The notes below the pieces were generated by a model. It was given only the letters and a program-made list of their open reading frames with translations. It was not told where the DNA came from and did no database searches. Below, in pieces: positions 54,572 through 64,000 of a DNA stretch of 64,000 nt (position 1 is the stretch's first letter; each line of letters starts with the position of its first letter). Made by a program: the position numbers and the translations under genes. This stretch comes from Geosiphon pyriformis uo1 (Eukaryota > Fungi > Glomeromycota): the NCBI GenBank assembly GCA_016748015.1, contig JAAOMT010000664.1:442715-506714 (forward strand). Direction: 5' to 3'.

Positions 54572-55951
54572 AATTTAATGTGTTTGGTTTAATGATTATG
54601 ATTGGTTCCAGATCTTGTGGAATTTTATTTGGTTGAACTAGTATTTATTGTATTTTTAATCATGAAATATTATTGGTAAATGATGATGCTATATGATGAT
54701 ATAGTTTCAATTGATTACTATGTGCTGCTTTGGCTAAGATTTTGTTGTTCTATCTTAATTTATAAGCTTCATTTCTTAGAATTTTTTTTATGTAAATGGT
54801 CCATCCTATTTGGGGTCAAATTTTCTACTCCATTGTTTTTCTGCTTTGATACGATATAAAAATACTTTGTTTCTAATTTTGAATTTAACTGGTTTATTTG
54901 GTAGTTGATTATCATGTCTTTTTTTTTGTTTTTCTTGTGCTTTTTGAATGTTATTAGCTATTCTTCATTGTTTGTTTTCTAAAGTTTCTATCAAGTTATA
55001 TGTTCTTCTTAGCAATGTTTCTTGAAAATTGTTTTCAGTTATTGATTCTGTTGGATATGTATTGACTTTTATTTCAACTGGTAATATTGCTGTTCTACTA
55101 TATACTAATTCAAATGGTGTTGTTTATATGGTGTCTTGCTTTATTGTTTGATAAGCAAATAATATTGATGGTATAAACAAATCTTATTCCTTCTGGTTTT
55201 TTTGGCTGATTTTGGCAATTGTTTTACACAATGTTTTGTTAAATTTTTTAACTAACTTATTTGTTTATAGATAGTATAATAATAATAATAGTTTTTTGAT
55301 TTCAAATCTTTGACTTAATTCTGCTAGTGTTCTGTTTACAAAGTAAGTTTTTTGATTTGATAGTAGTTTTTTTGAATATTCATGTTAACAAATTAAATCT
55401 TAATAAATAAATTCAGCAATAGATTTTGTATCTGCTTTTTGAATGGCTTTTGCTTCTGGCCATTTAGTAAGATAATTTATGGCTACTGCAATGTATTTGT
55501 TGCTTCTACTGGTTATGGTTAATGATTTGACTAAGTTAATTCTGATGCAATCAAATGGTTTTTCTATTTTGATTGGTCTTAATAGTTTACTGGGTCTTGC
55601 TTCTCCTCTTTTCTAACAAACATCATAATTTTGAACATATTAGATGATGTCTGGATACATCAATGGCCAATAATATCTTTTTCTGGTTCTTTCTATGGTT
55701 GCTTTTTTATAAAAATGTCCTGCTGTTGGATCTGAATGCATATTAAACAAAATTGTCTCTTTTTTCAACTTTGTAATTATTCTGGTTGGTTAATCTGGAT
55801 TTTTTTTGTTTTTCTGGTAAAGTATACTTTGATGGTTGATAAAATATTTTGATTGTTGTTTTATGTTGTTTTGCTCTTTTTGAAATAATTTCTTTTTGAA
55901 CTGTTGAGTATTTATATAATACTGGAGTTTTTAATATTTTTGTGTGTTCAT
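54572..55951 (-). pseudogene. Copy C integrase ORF (heavily mutated)
   Basis: ATG at 55951 (MNTQK) after the same A-rich spacer. Collinear with B 8138-9519. Confidence 0.8.
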
Positions 55952-56011
55952 ATTTTGTTATATTTTTGTTTTCAACTGTTTAGATTTTGTTATATTTTTG
56001 GATTGAAATGT

Positions 56012-59000
56012 TCAGATTTGTTTCATTTGTAATAAATCATTGGCATTTCTTTTTTTTTTTTTTTTTTTAATGTACTGTAAAAGTATATAATGAAAGTACT
56101 ATTTTCTATCTTGCATGTTTATCATCTTCAAATTTTTGCTTCTGAATTGAAATCAATCTTTTGTGATTAGTGTATACCTCAAATTTCTGGTTTAGGTATT
56201 TTTTTCATTTTATAATGGCCCAATAAATTGCTAAGTGTTCTAATGCTAGTGTTTCATAGTTCTTTTTGGTTGGCATTAAGCTTTAGCTGGTATATGCTAC
56301 TGGATGTTCTTTTCCATCCAGTTTTTTTGTGATAATATTGCTCCTAATGCTTGACCTGATGCATTAGTGGTGATAATAAATGGTTTGCTATGATCTGAAT
56401 AAATCAATACTAGAACTTGAATAGGCTTTCTTCTTAGTATATCAAAAGCTTCTTGTTGTATTTCAGTCCATTTATATTTAACATTTTTGGTTTGTAAATG
56501 ATGGAGTAGTTGAGCCAGTTTGGAAAAGTTCTTAATAAAGTGACAATAGTACCCTGCAAATTCTAAGAATGCTCTTAGCTCAGTCAAGTTAGTGGATACT
56601 GAAAAAGACTTTATTACTTCAATTTTATCTGAATCTGTTTTATGTCTTCCTTGCTTATAACATGTTCCAAAAACTTGAGTTCTGTCTTGTTAAAGAAATA
56701 CTTGGTTGTGTTTAGTTTTAACCCTGTTCTTTTCAGTCTTTCAAACACTTGCTAGAAATGATAAAAATGGTCATTAAATGTTTTTGAGAACACATTGGTG
56801 TTATCTAAATACATAACTACTGATTTCCATAGTAGTCTGGTATAAACAATTTCTATTAGCTGTTAAAATGTGGCTGGTGCATTGGTTAAGCCAAATGGCA
56901 TTATTTTAAATTCAAAATTTTCTTCTTTTATAGTGATTGCTGTCTTCTCTTTATTTTCTGAATTTATGGCTACTTGCCAGTAACTATTATCTAGATCTAA
57001 TGTCAAAAACCATTTTTTTTCTCTGAAAGCATCAAATAATTCTTAAATTCATAAAGTTGAATAACTGTCTTTACAAGTTACATTATTGAGTTTTTTGTAA
57101 TTTACACAAAAGCAGATTTTTCCATTTTTCTTATGAATTAATACCATTGATAATGACCATGGGCTTATTAATGGCTAAATTAGCCTATTGTTAAGCATCT
57201 AATTAATTTCTTAATAGATGATTTCATGGCTGGCTAGTGGTATTTGATATGCTCTTTGTTTGATTGGGATTGTATCTTCAGTCTTGATCTGGTGCTGGAT
57301 TATGTTAGTTTTGCCAAACTTATTTTCACTTGCAAAAATGTCAATAAAGTTGTTGAGTAATATCTTAAATTGCATATGTTAAAGTAAGTCTAAGTTTCTC
57401 ATGTTCATTTGTTCTAATTGTTTTGGTTGGAGCAAATAATATTTGTTTCATCCATAGATGGTTTGTGATGTTATGTCAACATATTCACACAGTTATGGAA
57501 AATCTGAGATGGAGTTTAGTGGTTGGTTTTCAATTTTGGTGGTCAAATATCTAATAGTAATTCTTTCTGATATCTCAATAACATCTTCTATATTGTTGTA
57601 AATAAAAATTTTGATGTGATTGTGGTTCTTGGCTGGTATGTGTAAATTGACTACTCCAATTTTTCCTAATTCACAAATGGTTAGTTCTGTTTCAAAAATT
57701 TGTGCCTGATTTTTCACTTTTTTTTCTACTGTTAACATATGTTTGTTATATGGTGGAATAGAAATTGCTTGATAGATGAAGATAATTTTTTCCTTGTTAA
57801 CAATTTTTTCCTCTGCTATATTGACTGGTACATTTATTCTATTTGTGAATCTGAATTCTTGTATCTCTCTTGCTGTTATTCTTAATTCTTTTTTGTTTCT
57901 TACTGACACTAATTGAGCTATTTTAACTAGAAACAGGAATATTGCCTGTGTTATTTTTTCATTTGGTTCTATTATATAAACTTTTTTTAAATTATTTTGT
58001 AGCATAACAATGATATTTTCTATATATCCTGTGTCAATTATTTCTTCTCTAATGTTAATCTCTTTTTTTGCTAAACTACTCTTGGATGCTAACTGAATCA
58101 TTGTTGTTGCTAAAATTTCCAGTGCTACTTTTAGATCAATATATGTGTGTAAATATGGTTCTAATTTGATGGCATTTTTTCCTGAATATCTCAGATCAAA
58201 TTCGGCATCAGTATCATGTGCACATTTTGGCATAATACCTTCATTATTATTACTGAACCATCTCAGTTTCTGCTCTTTGGTGAGATCAGAGAGTGTGATG
58301 TATTGTTTGGGATTTAAATCAAAGTTTGAATTGTTGTTCTTTTTACTGCCATTGTAAACAGAGCTGGAACCATTGTTATTGTTATTGTTGTTGGAGTTTG
58401 AATCAGAATTGAACTGTAATTTCAATTTCAATACACAGCTGCTAATTGGTTTGTGTTTTTTTAGGATCATGTAGATCATGTGTGATGGTAAATTGTAAAC
58501 AATATCACAATCATCACAATATTTAAAGTCACTGGGAATTAGACAATGTCTGCACAGTCTCATATTTAGTTGTTTTAACTGCTGTTCTTGCTTTTTTCGA
58601 GTAGATGCTAAGTTCTGGTAATATTTATGGAACTCTTTTAAACCAGCTTCTATGTTCAAAAAAGTGTTAGGATTGGAGATAAAGATAATATCAACTAGTT
58701 TTGGAGAATTGTTTTTTATCTCCAGGATCTTATTGAATGAAGCATCTTTTATTTTAACATTGGCCATTTGCCAGATTTCATCTTCATCATGTGAATAACC
58801 ATCCAAGTGAAAGATTGTTCAGTGTCATACAGCAGTAATAGATGTGCCATGACTGACCCAGTCACTTATGAGGATCATGTACTGGCATGAAGTATCACAT
58901 ATTCCTTTTTGACCAGGAATGTTATTCCACATTCCTTTGTCAAGTAACTATTCTCCATAAGTGAAACATGGTTCATTGTCTTATTTGTTTTGTTGTTTTG

Positions 59001-62000
59001 GATAACCATACCATTTTTTGTGGCATGGCTTGCAATAATAATGAATTTGCATCCAGTAATCTTCATGGGGTGCTATTCAAGCTCCCATGGAAGAAAGTTT
59101 CTTGTCATAATCTTGGCATTTGAATGGAATATATAGTGGTTTCTTAATAAGTTCATGTAAGTATGATTATTCCCAGCCACTGGTTATTTCTTCTGTGGCT
59201 ATGGGTTTTTTGTGTTTATTTTCTTCATTTTCTTTCCTTTTGTCATCCCAAAAGAGTACTAGTGGCAGCTCATTGTAATCAGTGTTAATCCACAAGACTT
59301 GGTAGGCTTCCTAAATAAGTTTATTTACTTCTTCTTCTTCAAATTCTATTAATGGTATTGGTGTGTTAGTAGTCTTAAAATGTCCACAAATGGCTGGCAT
59401 GCATGTGTGTTGGCCATTCTGACTAAGCTGTAGCTTTTGGGTATTTCAGTCAAGCATGACATTGGTTTTGAACAGCCAGTTATTACCAACAAGAGCTTAG
59501 TACTAAGTAATTTCTATTACCAATATCTTGATTGGTGTTATGATGCCATTGATTTTAAATGAAAAGTCATCTATTTTACTAATTGGAGTCTTCATTGTTC
59601 TATCTGCAGTAATAATTTAGACATTGGTAGTGTGATCAACTCAGTGACCTAATTGGTCCATGAGTTGTTTAATAATAATGCTGTCTACTGAATCACTGTC
59701 TAGTATTAGCTTAATAAGATGGCCATTAACTTTGGCATCCATGTACATTGCTGTGATGGGCTTTGCATTAAGAGCAGCTTCACTAAATAAGAGTGTACTG
59801 ATTGATTTTACTTTAAATAGAAAAATTACCATGAGAAACTTATTTTCGATAACAGTTGCTGGTGAAATATTATTGGTAAGTGGTTTCTGGTTGGTTTCCA
59901 AGTAGTTAAATAAGGTGTTTTTGGGATTAATCAAAAGACTTAAATAGTTCTGGAAATTTGGGTTTTGAGAATACCCAGTTCCTGAATTCCACTGGTGGGA
60001 TCCTAATTGTTGGTTGAAAAAATTGGGAATCAGTATATGAACTATTATTGCTGATCTCCAGTTTTGTTAAGTTATTCTTGGCCTTTGGTTTCCAAGTGAT
60101 ATTGAAACTAGATTTTGAGATGGTGTTTGAATTGGTTGGGACTGGTAGATTACTTGTGGCTATAATGGTTGATAAATTATTAGGACAGTTGACTGATAAA
60201 TTGGAAGTATGTATATTGGCTGCTACATTATTTGAGTGTAATTAGGTTGATATTGATCTTAATTTAAATGATAGTTCAGGATTTGAAATCTGTGATCAGA
60301 GTTTCTGTATTGATTTTTCGATCATAAATTATTATAAAATTAATAGTCAGCTCTCAGGTGATCTTGTTTACTACAGTTGTAGCAGATATGCATTTTTTGC
60401 TGTTCTAATTGATTATATGAGGAGAATAGATACAACTAATTTTGAAAATGATTCGCATTTTTCTGATTATTTTATTATTGTAGAGGTTAATAAATAGCTT
60501 GATTGTTAGTTAAATATTTCTCTAATTTCTGATTGATTGAGTCACTGAATTGCTTTAGCTTGGAATTCAAGTCAGATGATCTGTTCATTACTAGATTTAT
60601 GGCTTGGATGTGGTTGGCTTTTAATTCAGCTAATTCTAAATTTCGGGTGTAGTTAATGGCATCCTGAAAAATAGCTAGATGTAGTGAGTGTATGCATTGT
60701 AGTAAGCTGTTGTGCAACCCATAAATAAACTGATTTAAAATCTGGAGTACTGTAAAGTAGTTTGCATTAATGGCCTGAATTTGATGCAGATTTCAGTGGA
60801 AGCATTCCAAGTAAGTTGTGACTGTTTCAGTATCTCCTTGCTTGATAGTAGTGAAATTAGTTACTAAGTGATTAATACTATTATAATTGCTGAAATATTG
60901 TAGGAATGTGACTTTGAATGTATTAAATTTTTGGAATTTGTTTACAAGATTTTGGTACTAAGAATTGGCAGTGTTTTGTAGAAAGTATGGAATGGTTTGG
61001 TTTGCATTGCTTTAGTGTTGTTCCAGTTGTTGATGGTTATTGTTTTGGCTATATCATTGAGCCAAACTTGGGTGTTATCTTTTTCACTGGTAAATTTTTC
61101 CAATTTGGTAATAAGAGTATATATTATTGATGCTAGTAGTAGTTGTTGTTGTGGTTGTGGTTAAAGTTGCTGTTGTAGTAGCTGCTAGGGTGGTGGTGGC
61201 TGTTGCTGTTTGTTGATTGGTAGAACTGGTGGTAAATTGATCATGATTACTGGAGGTAAGTTTTGGAGAATAATAAGAGCAGTATTTGAATTATTCTGCT
61301 TTTACTGAGTTGGAATAATTGGGGTTTGAATTTCCGTGTTTTTTGGAATCAGATTTTGACTATTAATTTCTTGATCACTATTTTCTTCTTTTTCAGAGTT
61401 GGTTATCTCCTAAGAATTAGTGGCTCCGAAATCTGGTTGCAATAGTAGTGATCAAATTTCTGCTGGCATTGGAAATTGCAATTTAAATCCCTTAAAATAA
61501 TCACTATATGTTCCTAGTAACTCTGTTTTCTTTTGTTTACTTTGGAATGGGATTCTGTTCAATAGTATTGTTGTACTTGCAGTTAATGTGTCTATTATAT
61601 TAATAGTGCTTTTGAGTGTGTGATGATATGATGGATTAGCAGATGAGTCAAATTTTTGTTTCTTTCAAGTAAGTAATTGTATTTGCTTTGGAGTTCTTAC
61701 TGATGTTTGTAATTTTTTTTTCTCTTTGTTTGCAAAAGTGATGGGGAATTTTTGTTTAATGTATTTTTCAATTTTTCTGTTTATTTCTGTAATTATTGGT
61801 GCAAATAAATGATTTTGTGATAATGTGATGTTTTGAAGTAGTTTACTAAAAAAATTGTTGAAGGTAGATTCTGAATCTTCTTGTCTTCTTAAGTAATATA
61901 TAATTTTTTTATTGACATAGCAATTGAAAGCTGATTCTGCTGGCCAATTATTATTTGTTAATTCCAGATGACTTTTGTAGTACTGGAATAAAAATTTTGC

Positions 62001-62042
62001 AAATCCCAAGTGGTTTGTCTCTGTTTTTTCTGATTCTGCCAC
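56012..62042 (-). pseudogene. Copy C Gag-PR-Cys-rich-dUTPase-RT-RNaseH polyprotein
   Basis: ORFs 61665-62042, 60487-60717, 59641-59934, 57493-58806, 56297-56587. TGA at 56012-56014 after ...MKQI. Confidence 0.9.
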
Positions 62043-62106
62043 TGTTTCAGATGGTTGTTGCTGGTGCTAGTTTTTTGTTAAATTAAACCTTACAGGGAAC
62101 ACCAAA

Positions 62107-62823
62107 TGTTACAGATGATTATTTAGGGTCTCAATTCAACAAATTTATAACTTGATGCTAATTCACTTTGATAATATTGGTGATATCCATAAGTTGTTTG
62201 TATCTGAAGGTTTTGGTTAAGTTTTTTGTATAATGAACAAAAATTCAATGGTTGTTTTGTTAATAGCTTCCTGGAATTACAATTCCATCAAATTTTTTTC
62301 TTAGTGTAATGGCTAGTAATCCTCTTGATAAGCTATTCTTAATTGAGTGTTCTACTCTTATTTCCAGGTCTTTTACCAGTCATTTTGATGTTAATAACTC
62401 CATGTATTAATTCTTTAATTAGTTAGTAATGACAAAAAATACAAAACAAAAGAAAATAAAGAAAATAAAGAAATAAAGTAATTTAAACTAAAGTAAGTAA
62501 GTTAGTATCTCATCAATAGCCATGATCAAGAGCTATTGTTTCAGTGTGATTAAGTATAGGTTACTATCAACATGAAATGTTGATAGTAGAGAATAAATTA
62601 AGATAGTAAATAGTTATTTATTGATATTTGTAATTTGGAAGATTGTTTAGATAAAATCTAAACTGCAAAGTCTGTTTTTTCTACTTCTAACACTATTGCT
62701 ATATATACATAATTGAGATTTTTCAATTTCTTTAAGAGGAATTTTGGAATTCCATATTTACTATGGTTACTTTTAATTGGCTAATTTATATGCTAATATA
62801 CTTCCTATATTCTAAGAGTAACA
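62107..62823 (-). repeat. 5' LTR of copy C (most of the GGAATTCC array deleted)
   Basis: TGTTACAG...GAGTAACA, 717 bp versus 841 bp for its 3' LTR. PBS adjacent at 62089-62104. Confidence 0.9.
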
Positions 62824-63600
62824 CTACCCATCTAGCAAATCTTTAATAACTAATAATAGTTTTTCAAATACTACCAATAACAGCACCAGAAGCCAAAGAA
62901 AATAATTCAGTTTTTATTTAATTAGTCTAGTTTTTAAAAACAAGTAATCCAATAAAAAATGATTGTTTTGCTTTAAAAACTAACAAAAATCTGCCAAAAG
63001 GCACCATATTTGACAACACAATCAGTGGTTGATCTTGGCTTATCTTAAATAACATGCTGAATAATACAGTAGAGATCTTATCTAAGATTTCAGTAGGAAC
63101 CACAAAGAGATTTAATGTAATAATAACAGAGACAAGTAACTGTCTTCATTTTTTTGAATCTTTGGTTTTTTTGACCATTTTGTTTAAAAAAATAATACTA
63201 ACAGCACTAAGTGTAAAAGCTATGGTAAAAAAAACCAGCTTATTAACTGGTTTGTTATTAAAAACTTTTGGGCTCTTGAAAAGAATAGAAACAATACTGG
63301 AATTAACCCAAGTGTGTCTTTTTAAGAGAACTTTGACAGACAAAAAACCAGCCAAAAATGAAAAAAATGCTTTAGTGGCCATTAAAGACAGCTTTTCACT
63401 ATTAATATTCAAAAAAAATGTAGCCAAAATATTATGTTTAGTCACTTTAATAACAGAGAAACTTTCTTGTATTGAAACTTTATTAGTTACTATAAAAAAA
63501 TAATGAATACAGCTTTTTTATTCTTTACTTTAGTCATGATTATAAAGTTAAGAAGACAAAAAGCTTTTTTTTTTATATTATTACATAATACTTATGTTTT
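62824..63600 (-). mobile_element. ORF1-only non-LTR element copy 2, 5' part (5' end uncertain)
   Basis: ORF 63146-63445 (KRHTWVNSS...NKPVNKLVF...MVKKTK). Removing copy C and one TSD restores the frame ...RFARW-VVSTLISNNIFKIKLAYV at 62824/32504. Confidence 0.75.
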
Positions 63601-64000
63601 TTTAATAGTTTTAGATTGGTTTTTTTATTTGAATAACAATAAAATGTTTTTTATATAACTTTAAAAAAAATTTTTTTTAAATTCTAATTAAGTAGTTTAG
63701 AATTACTGTTATAAACAGTTAAAATATAACCAAATTTTTTATACTTGGCATATTTAAAAGAAAATAAACTAGTTCAAACTAAATTAATGTTTCTAAAAAC
63801 AAGAATTAAATAAATAATAATATCTTTAACAATAGTAGACTTAAAATACATAACAATATAGCATACTTATATATAGAAAACAGAATTGTAAAAAATAAAG
63901 CACATTTTTTTATTATAAAACTAGATTAAGCTTAAAAAATTATAAACAGTTGTGCTTATTAATAGAGAATATAATAACAGTTTTTCAGATCTTATATATA

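Larger units (their letters stand above)
32505..62823 (-). mobile_element. Ty3/Gypsy copy C (outermost; internal region 54110-62106, interrupted in ORF3 by copy D), TSD CCAC/CTAC
   Basis: 3' LTR 32505-33345, 5' LTR 62107-62823, PBS 62089-62104. Gag 61665-62042, PR 59641-59934, Cys-rich+dUTPase 57493-58806, RT/RH 56012-57400, IN ~54572-55951. Flanking 4-mers 32501-32504 and 62824-62827. Confidence 0.93.

Noticed and set aside
63054-63503. 149-aa plus-strand ORF
   Set aside because: Antisense to the decayed ORF1 of the non-LTR element, with no independent coding signal.

Overview
AT-rich eukaryotic (fungal) DNA. The repeat families and endobacterium-like island point to Glomeromycotina, possibly Geosiphon-like; this is recall-based inference, not a search result. 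About 70% of the window is transposon DNA. (i) Five decayed copies (A-E) of one Ty3/Gypsy LTR family with an unusual three-ORF layout: one Gag-PR-[Cys-rich]-dUTPase-RT-RNaseH ORF that stops after RNase H, a separately initiated integrase ORF, and a ~220-aa non-env ORF3. A and B are in tandem and share an LTR (1-10895). C, D and E are nested, with 4-bp TSDs visible (32505-62823). (ii) Two copies of an ORF1-only, poly(A)-tailed non-LTR (HAL1-like) element, each interrupted by Gypsy. Between the TE blocks lie two convergent host genes: an 11-exon PFS2/WDR33 gene with a ~100-residue polyQ tract, and an intronless 1843-aa disordered protein. Next comes a ~3.3-kb island (24075-27350) of three co-oriented, intronless, tightly spaced genes: a tandem-HIT membrane-anchored protein, a DDE-like transposase and a small ORF. 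Their in-frame stops are TGA at Trp-like positions, suggesting DNA from a genetic-code-4 Mollicutes-related endobacterium. The TEs show strong C>T/G>A hypermutation.
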